The translations under genes were made by a program, and so were the position numbers. The notes under the pieces are model-generated. The model worked only from the letters and a program-made list of their open reading frames with translations. It had not been told where the DNA came from and ran no database searches. A DNA stretch of 64,000 nt from Zoogloea sp. (lineage in GTDB: Bacteria; Pseudomonadota; Gammaproteobacteria; Burkholderiales; Rhodocyclaceae), in the NCBI RefSeq assembly GCF_009026175.1, contig NZ_WBTZ01000002.1. One strand, written 5' to 3'. This document shows, piece by piece, positions 19,687-27,852 of the stretch. Position 1 is the stretch's first letter. Every line of letters starts with the position of its first letter.

Positions 19687-21015
19687 ATGCGCAACATCCT
19701 CAAGCGAACCGTCCTGGCAGCCACCCTGGCCGCCGCCCTCATGGGCACAGCTCCGGTGACCCAGGCTGCAACCAACGAGCAGTTCATCCCCCTGCCGACC
19801 TATCGGGTGGGCCCCTATGCGTCCAGTGGCATTCCCTGGTGGGCCGGGGTGATCGACTATCTGCGCTATATCAACGAGGTAGAGGGCGGCGTCGACGGCG
19901 TCAAGCTGGTGTGGAAAGAGTGCGAGACCGAGTGGAGCACCGATCGCATCGTCGAATGCTACGAGCGCTACAAGAAGGGCTACAACGGTGCTCCCACGGC
20001 CTTCTTCTTCACCCACAGCACACCGGCCTCCTACGCCCTGATGGACAAGGGTGTCGCCGACCGCATTCCGCTGGTCGACCCGGCGGGCGGGCGCACCGAA
20101 TCCACCGATGGCAGTGTCTTCCCCTACGCATTCCCACTGCTGCTCAACTACTACAGCCAGGCCTCGGTGGGTATCAATTACATCGCCCAGAAGGAAGGTG
20201 GCTTCGAGAAGCTCAAGGGCAAGAAGATCGTCACGGTATTCCATGATTCCGCCTATGGCCGTGAGACCCAGGCACCGATGGAGTTGCTGGCGAAGAAGTA
20301 CGGTTTCGAGAACATCCAGATTCCGGTGGCCGACCCCGGTAATGAACAGTCGGCCCAATGGCGCCAGGTTCGCCAGATCAAGCCCGATTGGGTCTTCCTG
20401 CGCACGTGGGGGGTGTCGACGCCGGTCGGCATCAAGACTGCCGCCCGCTTCGGAATACCCGTGGATCGCCTCATTGGTGATGTGTGGGCCGGCTCGGAGG
20501 CGGATGTGCTGCCTGCCGGTGCGGCCGCCAAGGGCTACCAGGCCTTGGCGCCCTTCCCCGGCGGGGCCGACTTTGAAATCCACAGGCGCCTGCGGAAGTT
20601 CATCCTCGACGCTGGCAAGAGCGACCTCAAGGATCCAAAGTTCTTTGGCAGCGTGTACTACAACATTGGTCTGATCAACGCGGCCATGGCCGTGGAAGCC
20701 TTGCGCACGGGCCACCGGAAGTTCGGTAATCGTCCGCTCAACGGGGAGGAAGGTGGCTGGGCCTTCGAGCACCTCGACATCAGCGACGCCCGATTGAAGG
20801 AAATCGGCTTCTTCGGCCTGCTCCAGAAACTCAAGCTGTCGTGCAACGAGCATGAGGGCGGCGGTGCCGCACGGGTCCAGCAGTGGGACGGGAAGAAGTG
20901 GGTCCTGGTGACAGACTGGGTCCAGGCCGACCGGAAGGCCCTGCGCCCGTTGATCGATGCCAAGGCCGCGGCCTACGCCCGGGAGAAGAACATCAAGCCG
21001 CGCGATTGCAGCTAA
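19687..21015 (+). CDS. LIV-type ABC substrate-binding protein
   Basis: Signal peptide ending TQA-A; paralog of 12306-13643; ATG 19687. Confidence 0.9.
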   Translation: MRNILKRTVLAATLAAALMGTAPVTQAATNEQFIPLPTYRVGPYASSGIPWWAGVIDYLRYINEVEGGVDGVKLVWKECETEWSTDRIVECYERYKKGYNGAPTAFFFTHSTPASYALMDKGVADRIPLVDPAGGRTESTDGSVFPYAFPLLLNYYSQASVGINYIAQKEGGFEKLKGKKIVTVFHDSAYGRETQAPMELLAKKYGFENIQIPVADPGNEQSAQWRQVRQIKPDWVFLRTWGVSTPVGIKTAARFGIPVDRLIGDVWAGSEADVLPAGAAAKGYQALAPFPGGADFEIHRRLRKFILDAGKSDLKDPKFFGSVYYNIGLINAAMAVEALRTGHRKFGNRPLNGEEGGWAFEHLDISDARLKEIGFFGLLQKLKLSCNEHEGGGAARVQQWDGKKWVLVTDWVQADRKALRPLIDAKAAAYAREKNIKPRDCS

Positions 21016-21088
21016 GAGACGCAAGCCTCAACGGGGCACCCCACCTGGCGGAGCCCCGGGCATTCCATTCTTCCTTTCCGGAGTTCTC

Positions 21089-21865
21089 ATGGCGATATCC
21101 GTACCTTCCATTGCTGAGCCCCCTGATCTGCTCGTGGTGGACGACATCGAGGTCGTCTACGACGGGGCCATCCTGGCCGTAAGCGGCATCTCGCTGAAAG
21201 TCGCTGATGGGGCCATCGTGGCCTTGCTCGGTGCCAACGGTGCCGGCAAGAGCACGACCCTCAAGGCGGTTTCCGGCATCGTCCAGGCTGATCGCGCGCG
21301 CATCAGCCGGGGGTGCATCCATTTCGACGGCCGGGATGTCACCGGTCTGGCCCCCAATCTCCTGGCGCACCAGGGCGTCGTCCATGTGCTCGAGGGGCGG
21401 CATGTGTTTCCCCAACTCAGCGTAGAGGACAACCTGCGCAGCGGCGGCTTTCTGCGCAAGCTCGGGCGGCGGGAGATGAATGCCGCGCTGGAGCGTATCT
21501 ACGCCTGGCTTCCCCGCCTCAAGGTCAAGCGCCAGACCGCGGCCGGGCTGACCTCGGGGGGCGAGCAGCAGATGCTGGCGCTCGGACGTGCCCTGATGAC
21601 GGGGCCACGCCTGGTGCTGCTCGATGAGCCTTCGATGGGCCTGGCCCCCATTCTCGTGGAAGAGATCTTCGGGATCATCAGCCACCTGAATGCCAGCGAG
21701 AACATCGGCTTCGTGGTCGCCGAGCAGAACGTCAACGTCGCCCTGCGCCACGCCCATTACGGCTACGTCATCGAGAACGGCCGGGTGGTCGACGAAGGGC
21801 CGGCTCAACGCCTTGCCGAACAAGAAAACATCCATCACTACTACCTTGGCGGCACAGTCGCCTAG
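21089..21865 (+). CDS. LIV-type ABC ATPase (LivF-like)
   Basis: GANGAGKS and TSGGEQQMLALGRAL motifs; ATG 21089 after GGAG. Confidence 0.92.
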   Translation: MAISVPSIAEPPDLLVVDDIEVVYDGAILAVSGISLKVADGAIVALLGANGAGKSTTLKAVSGIVQADRARISRGCIHFDGRDVTGLAPNLLAHQGVVHVLEGRHVFPQLSVEDNLRSGGFLRKLGRREMNAALERIYAWLPRLKVKRQTAAGLTSGGEQQMLALGRALMTGPRLVLLDEPSMGLAPILVEEIFGIISHLNASENIGFVVAEQNVNVALRHAHYGYVIENGRVVDEGPAQRLAEQENIHHYYLGGTVA

Positions 21866-21869
21866 GGGG

Positions 21870-21916
21870 TGCTGCCCTGTCAGCGCCCTATCCGCAGCCC
21901 TGCTCCTTCATCAGCA
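21870..21916. promoter_or_regulatory. Pair of TGCT-N8-AGCA sites 31 bp apart
   Basis: TGCTGCCCTGTCAGCG (21870, one mismatch) and TGCTCCTTCATCAGCA (21901). Confidence 0.65.
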
Positions 21917-21956
21917 GTTCTTGTCCCGACGGGACGGTAGTGTGCGGGCTGCGCGT

Positions 21957-21972
21957 TGGCATGCTTCCTGCG
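21957..21972 (+). promoter_or_regulatory. Sigma54 promoter for the LLM monooxygenase
   Basis: TGGCATGCTTCCTGCG. Confidence 0.8.
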
Positions 21973-22065
21973 AAAAACACTTTACCCCGCCATGTCCCAG
22001 CGCTCCGTCCGGACCCGCCTTTCTGCAGTCTCCGGTCCACCGGAGTGCCCTTCAAGGAAACCCCA

Positions 22066-23481
22066 ATGAGCAAGACCATCCGCTTCAACGCCTTTGAAAT
22101 GAACTGCGTGGGCCACCAGTCTCCCGGGCTGTGGACCCATCCCCGCGACCGCTCGTGGCAGTACAAGGACCTGGACTACTGGACCGACCTCGCGCGCACC
22201 CTTGAACGGGGCTTCTTCGACGCCGTATTCATCGCCGATGTGGTGGGCTACTACGACGTGTACAAGGGCAGCAACTACCACGCTCTTCACCAAGGGGTGC
22301 AGATTCCGGTGAACGATCCGCTCCAGCTCGCGGCGCCCATTGCGATGGTGACCGAGCACCTGGGCATCGGCATCACGGCCTCCACCTCCTTCGAGCATCC
22401 CTATACCTTCGCCCGTCGCCTCTCCACCGCCGACCACCACACCAAGGGACGCGTCGGCTGGAACATCGTGACCTCTTACCTGGAAAGCGGTGCCAAGAAC
22501 ATCGGCGAGGGCGGGCTGCGGCGCCATGACAACCGCTACGAAGTGGCCGCCGAATATACCGAGGTTCTCTACAAGCTCTTCGAAGGCAGCTGGGAGGAAG
22601 GGTCGGTGCTGCGCGACAAGGACCGGGGGGTCTTCATCGACCCTGAGAAGGTGCACGAGATCGGTCACAAGGGTAAGTACTTCGAGGTCCCCGGCTACCA
22701 TCTCTGCGAGCCCTCCCCCCAGCGCACACCCGTACTCTTCCAGGCCGGCGCCTCTGGGGCCGGGAAGGCTTTTGCCGCCGAGCATGCCGAGTGCGTCTTC
22801 GTCTCGACGCCGGCTCGCTCCACCCTCGGGCAGTATGTGTCGGACATCCGTCGCCAGGCCGCCGCCGCGGGCCGCGATCCGTCGAAGGTGCTGGTCTATG
22901 CGTTGGTGACCGTGATCGTTGACGAGACCGACGAGAAGGCCTGGGCCAAGTTCGAGGAGTACAAACGCCATGTCTCCTACGACGGTGCCCTGGTGCTGTT
23001 GTCCGGCTGGAGCGGTATTGATTTCGGCCAGTACGCCCCTCAGGACCCTGTGCGAGCGGTAGAGACCAATGCGATTGTCTCGGTGGTCGAACACCTGGCC
23101 AACGGCGACAAGGAGTGGACCATCGACGAGCTGGCCCGATGGGCGGGTGTTGGTGGGCTGGGGCCCGTCTTCGTCGGATCGCCGGCCAGCGTGGCGGACA
23201 CCCTGCAGAAGTGGGTGGAGGAAACCGATGTGGACGGCTTCAATCTGGCCTATGCGCTGGCCCACGAAACCTTTGAAGACGTTGTGGAGCACCTTGTGCC
23301 CGAACTGCAGCGCAGGGGTGTCTATCCCACGGCCTATAAGCCGGGCACCTTGCGCGAGAAACTCTTCGGTCAGGGCCCCCTGCTCCCGGACACCCACCCG
23401 GCTGCACGCTATCGGGACATCGAGCGCATCAAGCGTGAGGGCCGCCCTGCCCGCTGCCGGGAGAATCTGGCCCCCGCGTAA
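22066..23481 (+). CDS. NtaA/DmoA/DszA-family FMNH2-dependent monooxygenase
   Basis: FNAFEMNCVGHQSPGLWTHP, FIADVVG, GRVGWNIVTSY, CEPSPQRTPVLFQAGAS and DVDGFNL motifs; ATG 22066 after AAGGA. Confidence 0.9.
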   Translation: MSKTIRFNAFEMNCVGHQSPGLWTHPRDRSWQYKDLDYWTDLARTLERGFFDAVFIADVVGYYDVYKGSNYHALHQGVQIPVNDPLQLAAPIAMVTEHLGIGITASTSFEHPYTFARRLSTADHHTKGRVGWNIVTSYLESGAKNIGEGGLRRHDNRYEVAAEYTEVLYKLFEGSWEEGSVLRDKDRGVFIDPEKVHEIGHKGKYFEVPGYHLCEPSPQRTPVLFQAGASGAGKAFAAEHAECVFVSTPARSTLGQYVSDIRRQAAAAGRDPSKVLVYALVTVIVDETDEKAWAKFEEYKRHVSYDGALVLLSGWSGIDFGQYAPQDPVRAVETNAIVSVVEHLANGDKEWTIDELARWAGVGGLGPVFVGSPASVADTLQKWVEETDVDGFNLAYALAHETFEDVVEHLVPELQRRGVYPTAYKPGTLREKLFGQGPLLPDTHPAARYRDIERIKREGRPARCRENLAPA

Positions 23482-23488
23482 AGGCGCT

Positions 23489-23531
23489 GCGAGCTGGAGC
23501 TGCATCTGAGGATGATGCAGTTCCAGCTCGC
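23489..23531. terminator. Long hairpin between convergent genes (probable bidirectional terminator)
   Basis: 18-bp stem GCGAGCTGGAGCTGCATC / GATGCAGTTCCAGCTCGC with one G-T pair and a 7-nt loop; only a short T run follows. Confidence 0.6.
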
Positions 23532-23593
23532 TTTAAGGGCTCAGAAGAGTTGAACTGCCCCGGGATCAGATCGGCATCACCGGAAACCCTGGC

Positions 23594-24190
23594 TTATTCA
23601 TCAAACACAAAACGTCCGTCGGCCACCAGTTCGGAGAGGGGGCGGCGCGCATTGGGAAATTCCCGTGCTTGCAGCGCTTCGGGGAGCGTTGCCTTGTCAC
23701 CGAGCTTGCCTATCGCAATGACAGCTTCAATCGCATAGTCCTCAGGAATGCCCAGGGCATGGCGCAAGCCATCAGGGTTGAATCCACCAAGGCCATGGGC
23801 GTGCCAGCCAGAGAGTGTCACCTGAAACGCAAGGCTTGCCCAGGCAGCTCCAGCATCAAACGAATGCGAGCTGTTTTCCTGGCTTTCCGTGGCACCGGGT
23901 GCCAGGTAACGCTTCTTGGAAAGGACCACGATCAGCGCGGCGGCTCGGTGTGCCCACCCACGGTTGAATTCAACCAGATTGTCGAAGATCGGTTGCCAGC
24001 TTGGCGTATCGCTCCGGCCATAGATGAATCGCCAGGGCTGGGCGTTGAAGGCAGAGGGCGCCCAACGTGCCGCCTCCAGCAAGCTCAGCAACGTGCTTTC
24101 CTGAATATGTTCCCCCGTGAAGGCACGGGGCGACCAGCGCCGGGTAAAGAGCGGATCGATCGGGTAATCGGACTGGCGAGACTGGGACAT
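23594..24190 (-). CDS. Nitroreductase-family flavoprotein
   Basis: RRWSPRAF, EAARWAPSAFNAQPWRF and HGLGGF motifs; GGAG RBS. Confidence 0.9.
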   Translation of the reverse strand: MSQSRQSDYPIDPLFTRRWSPRAFTGEHIQESTLLSLLEAARWAPSAFNAQPWRFIYGRSDTPSWQPIFDNLVEFNRGWAHRAAALIVVLSKKRYLAPGATESQENSSHSFDAGAAWASLAFQVTLSGWHAHGLGGFNPDGLRHALGIPEDYAIEAVIAIGKLGDKATLPEALQAREFPNARRPLSELVADGRFVFDE

Positions 24191-24388
24191 AGGAACTCCG
24201 GAATGCGTGATGTCTAGGGTCGAACTTCGTGACAGGCCTGTGTTGCCATCAAGGCCATGTCCGGCATTCTTTCAGGACAAGACCCCGGTCAGGACCGGCA
24301 GCAGGTTCTTCCATGATGCGTGCAAAGGCCGTCCAGCCAAAAGAAGGAATACTTCAATGCTTGTGAGGCGAAAATCATATCGCTGAGG

Positions 24389-25432
24389 CTAAAGCGACCT
24401 CTTTCTCAACTGAGCCAGCTCAGCCAGTGCTTCCGCCAAGGACGCCTCGGCTTTCTGGGCCCTGACAGTCTCAGCCAGACGAACCTCTTCCACGGCCCGC
24501 GCCCGCGCCTCGGCGGCTGCCACGGCCGACTCCTTGCCGTGGGCGGCTTCGCTGGCCACTTTGAGCTGGGCCTGAAGCCGCTCGATCCGTCCCTCGGCCG
24601 CAGCCAGGGAGGTTTCAGTCTGCCGGGAACGCGAGACAGCCTCCCGCAGCGCGGCCTTGGCCTCCTCGGTCTGCTCCCGCAGGCGGGCCTCCCGATCTTC
24701 CCGGTTGGCCAGTTGCTGGCGCATGGTGGTGATCTCTCCCAGCTTCTCCTGGCGGACCTGATCGATCTGCTTCAGCAGCATGTCGCGATCGAGGGCGCTG
24801 CGTTCCTGCTCTTCCTTGATCGCCGCGCTGTAGCGGTCGCGATCGCTCTGCAGCAGGCGGGTGAGGCGTTCGGACTCTGCAGCGAATTTCTGCTCCCGTT
24901 GCTCGGCAGCTTCATCGAGCAGCTTGACCCGGGTTTCCAGCCCTTCGCGCTGGCGCAGGAACTCCAGCGCCTGATTGCGCAGGTCGCTGATCGTCACGTC
25001 GCGACTCTGCACTGCGGCCTCGAAGGCCTCTATCCTGGCCGCGGCGGTGCTCGCCTCCGCCTCCATGCGACCGATCTGTTCCAGCGCATCGGCCAGCCGG
25101 GCCTCGATGCTCTTCCGCTCCCGCTCCAGCTCCTCACGCTGGCTGGCGAAGAGCTGCTCGGCGTGCTGCAGGGACAAGGACCAGACCTTGCTCATCAGGG
25201 TGTCAGCCGACGAGACGAGCTCGTCCGGCATGCCGGGAACGCTTCGCTGGCGGAAGAACGCGGCGCCCGTCTCACGCCGCCACTGGTCAATGTAGCGCTG
25301 GACGATCTCGCTGGAGCCCTTGTTGCCGAGCTCGGCATAGACAAGGTTGAAAGACGGATTCTCACCGGCGGCCAGCAACTGGAAACAGATCTGTTCTACC
25401 GCTTCGAACGTGACGCTACTACTGCGAGCCAT
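24389..25432 (-). CDS. KfrA_N-type DNA-binding protein with long coiled coil (TnpT/KfrA-like)
   Basis: N-terminal TFEAVEQICFQLLAAGENPSFNLVYAELGNKGSSEIVQRYIDQWR matches the KfrA_N pattern; the remainder is E/R/A/Q-rich heptads. Confidence 0.78.
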   Translation of the reverse strand: MARSSSVTFEAVEQICFQLLAAGENPSFNLVYAELGNKGSSEIVQRYIDQWRRETGAAFFRQRSVPGMPDELVSSADTLMSKVWSLSLQHAEQLFASQREELERERKSIEARLADALEQIGRMEAEASTAAARIEAFEAAVQSRDVTISDLRNQALEFLRQREGLETRVKLLDEAAEQREQKFAAESERLTRLLQSDRDRYSAAIKEEQERSALDRDMLLKQIDQVRQEKLGEITTMRQQLANREDREARLREQTEEAKAALREAVSRSRQTETSLAAAEGRIERLQAQLKVASEAAHGKESAVAAAEARARAVEEVRLAETVRAQKAEASLAEALAELAQLRKRSL

Positions 25433-25567
25433 GGAACATCCCTCTGTTGCACGATGACATCAAATTTCACATCCGAAAAATAACATACGTGTACGTTCGT
25501 ATAACGTTTAATTTGTAACGGTAAGACGAAGCCACTTCCCTGTGGGCTGTTGTGCCCCGGAGGACTG

Positions 25568-26803
25568 TCAGTCCGGCTTGCTGCCAGCCCACGGCAGGCG
25601 CTGCTTCTGGGACTCGTCGTGCCAGCGCTCTTCCTCTTCGTGAATGTAGCGCTGGGTGGTGCGGGCATCCGTATGCCGGGCATCCTTCTGCACGAAGCGC
25701 TCGTCGATGCCACTATCAAGCTTTGCCGTGATGCCGGTATGACGCCCCCAGTGGGCCGAGGCGGCGCGCAGCTTTTCCTTCTTGTGTTCGGCATCCGGGG
25801 GCAGGAGCTCGGCGGCTGCGAAGAAGATCTTCTTGAGGATCTGGTTCAGGCGCCGGGCCGTGATCGGACTTCCATCCTTCACCGAGACCAGGATTGGCGT
25901 GGTGTCGTCCCGGCGGGGTACCGCGCTCAGCCCCAGGTACTTCCGGTAGCGGATGAGCGCCTGCAGCATGTCGTCAGCCACAGGAACCTTGGCCTTCTTG
26001 CCCCCCTTCCCCACCACATGCCACCACCAGCGCCCCCGCTCTTCACGGAAGCTGTTCATGCGATGGCTTTCCAGTTCGCCGGCGCGGGGGGCGAGCATGT
26101 ACAGCGTGGCAGCGAGAAAGCGGGCTCGCTCGTACTCGTCCCGACCCCGCTCCGCGTCTCGGGGCATGGCCTCGATTGCGGCGGTCACGGCCTGCCACAT
26201 CTGCTCATCCAGGAAGCGCTCGATCTTCTCCACCTCGTCCGTGGAGGCCACGGCACGCAAGGGACCGGCAGCTTCGGCGGACATCTTGCGGCGGCGCTGA
26301 CGGATCAGGCCCAGCGGGTTGCCCATCAGGTAGCCGGCATCGACGAGATAGCGCATCAGGGAGTTGATGGCGGCCATGGCGGTCAGCACCGCGCTCTCGC
26401 TCAGCGGTCCCACGAAAGGACGCCAGCGCTCGGAGACCCGCTCGACCTTGGGGCCGCACCACAGGCTGGCTGGCTGGGGGTCGGCGAGAAAGTTGAGGTA
26501 GCCCTCGAAATCCTGGCGATTCAGGCTGGACAAGGGCTTGCTGCAGTCGATCAGCGCCCACAGGAGCAGGCGTTCGCACTCCCGCTGGTAGATCCGGTAG
26601 GTACCGGGCGAACGGTCGTATTCGGTGAGAAAACAGCGGATGGCCTCCGCATCCGTCCGGGCGGAAATCTGCAGTCGGGCAGGATCGGCCCGATTCTCAC
26701 CGCGACTGCCGTCGAGGTCTGCAGGGATAAGCACCTCGTCGAGCGGGCGAACCGGAATGACGGGAGTCGGAACGGTATTGGGGCTGGGGCTGGGCGAATT
26801 CAT
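25568..26803 (-). CDS. Tyrosine recombinase/integrase with SAM-like N-domain
   Basis: Complete R-K-H-R-H-Y catalytic set: APRAGE, VVGKGGK, AHWGRH, ARHTDARTTQRY; N-terminal TYRIYQRECERLLLW core-binding region. Confidence 0.9.
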   Translation of the reverse strand: MNSPSPSPNTVPTPVIPVRPLDEVLIPADLDGSRGENRADPARLQISARTDAEAIRCFLTEYDRSPGTYRIYQRECERLLLWALIDCSKPLSSLNRQDFEGYLNFLADPQPASLWCGPKVERVSERWRPFVGPLSESAVLTAMAAINSLMRYLVDAGYLMGNPLGLIRQRRRKMSAEAAGPLRAVASTDEVEKIERFLDEQMWQAVTAAIEAMPRDAERGRDEYERARFLAATLYMLAPRAGELESHRMNSFREERGRWWWHVVGKGGKKAKVPVADDMLQALIRYRKYLGLSAVPRRDDTTPILVSVKDGSPITARRLNQILKKIFFAAAELLPPDAEHKKEKLRAASAHWGRHTGITAKLDSGIDERFVQKDARHTDARTTQRYIHEEEERWHDESQKQRLPWAGSKPD

Positions 26804-26847
26804 GCCCGGCAGTTTAGCCGGAGGACCTACCTCGCACGCAAGGGGGC

Positions 26848-26875
26848 TTGCCTCTCATTGGTTACTGTATATAAT
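26848..26875 (+). promoter_or_regulatory. Sigma70 promoter overlapped by the LexA box
   Basis: TTGCCT (26848-26853), 16-bp spacer, TATAAT (26870-26875). Confidence 0.65.
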
Positions 26876-26882
26876 CACAGTC
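26863..26882. promoter_or_regulatory. LexA (SOS) box
   Basis: TACTGTATATAATCACAGTC: CTGT-N8-ACAG core, 16/20 identical to TACTG(TA)5CAGTA. Confidence 0.88.
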
Positions 26883-26976
26883 ATGGCATTCCTGAGCCCG
26901 GGCAGGGAGGAACGCCAGCATTATCTGGCGCAAGAAATGCAAGGCGCCTCAACTGCTTATCTGGAAGGAGTCCAGC

Positions 26977-27150
26977 ATGGAAACCCTGATTTGTCGCATC
27001 CTCATGGCAAGTGGTCTGGTCGTTGGCGTTCTGCTGGCAGGCGGTCAAGGCATGCAGGCGGTGGTTCCGGCCCTGCTTGCCCTGGTCGGTGTCGCCCTGC
27101 TCCGCCGTGTGGCGCCGTCGCTGCCCTGGCGTCTGGGCCGTCACTTCTGA
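26977..27150 (+). CDS. Small 57-aa predicted two-helix membrane protein (not in ORF track)
   Basis: AAGGAG RBS 6 nt before ATG; METLICRILMASGLVVGVLLAGGQGMQAVVPALLALVGVALLRRVAPSLPWRLGRHF; fills the gap between promoter and convergent ankyrin gene. Confidence 0.7.
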   Translation: METLICRILMASGLVVGVLLAGGQGMQAVVPALLALVGVALLRRVAPSLPWRLGRHF

Positions 27151-27183
27151 CCCGGCGGGTGGGCCGCTTGCGGGCCTGTTCTT

Positions 27184-27852
27184 TCAACGCCCTTTGGCCG
27201 CCCGCGCCTTGCGCTCCGCCTGGATGAGGCCAGCAATGTCCGTGTTCCGGCTCTTGATGGCCCAGCTCTCGGCGCTTTCCTTCTGGTCATTCAGCAGGTC
27301 GAGATCGGCGCCCGCCTTGAGCAGGCGGATCACGACCTCCTCGTGCCCGTTACGCGCAGCAAACATCAGGGGCGTGGCCTGGTTGGGGGCCTTGGCGTTC
27401 GGGTTGGCGCCTTTGGTCAAGAGCAGGTCAACAATCGCCAGGCGGCCTTCGAAGGCTGCATACAGCAAGGGGTTCCAGCCCTCGTGGCGGAAATCGGCAC
27501 CGGCCCCGAGCAGCAGACTGGCTACTTCGGTATGCCCCTTCAGGCTGGCCAGCATCAGTGCGCTATCGCCGGCCGCGTTGCGTGCATCAAGCTTGATGCC
27601 GCGCTGGCGCAACAGTTCCGCCACCACCTTGGGCTGGTCCTCACGGGCCGCCAGGATCAGCAGGCTGTTGCCGTTCTCGTCGGTGGAGTTCACATCCATG
27701 CCCTTGGCCACCTGGCGGGAGACTTCCCTCGCATCCCCCAGCTTGGCGGCATTCAGAAGATCGTCGAGGGTGTCGGCACTGACGGGCAGGGACAACTGCA
27801 TCGCCACCAGGGCGGTGAGCAGGTGGCGGAAGCGGGGTCGGGGTGAGTTCAT
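27184..27852 (-). CDS. Ankyrin-repeat protein with signal peptide
   Basis: Repeated GNSLLILAA / GDSALMLAS / GWNPLLYAA / QATPLMFAA ankyrin motifs; overlaps the tatD stop. Confidence 0.9.
   Translation of the reverse strand: MNSPRPRFRHLLTALVAMQLSLPVSADTLDDLLNAAKLGDAREVSRQVAKGMDVNSTDENGNSLLILAAREDQPKVVAELLRQRGIKLDARNAAGDSALMLASLKGHTEVASLLLGAGADFRHEGWNPLLYAAFEGRLAIVDLLLTKGANPNAKAPNQATPLMFAARNGHEEVVIRLLKAGADLDLLNDQKESAESWAIKSRNTDIAGLIQAERKARAAKGR

Noticed and set aside
24191-24388. Sigma54 promoter for the nitroreductase (TGGACGGCCTTTGCA on the minus strand)
   Set aside because: GG-to-GC spacing is one base short of the strictly conserved distance
25478-25505. Bona fide chromosomal dif site or loxP-like site
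   Set aside because: The XerC arm matches only 4/11 and the loxP resemblance (TTCGTATA) has no second arm; kept only as a candidate operator
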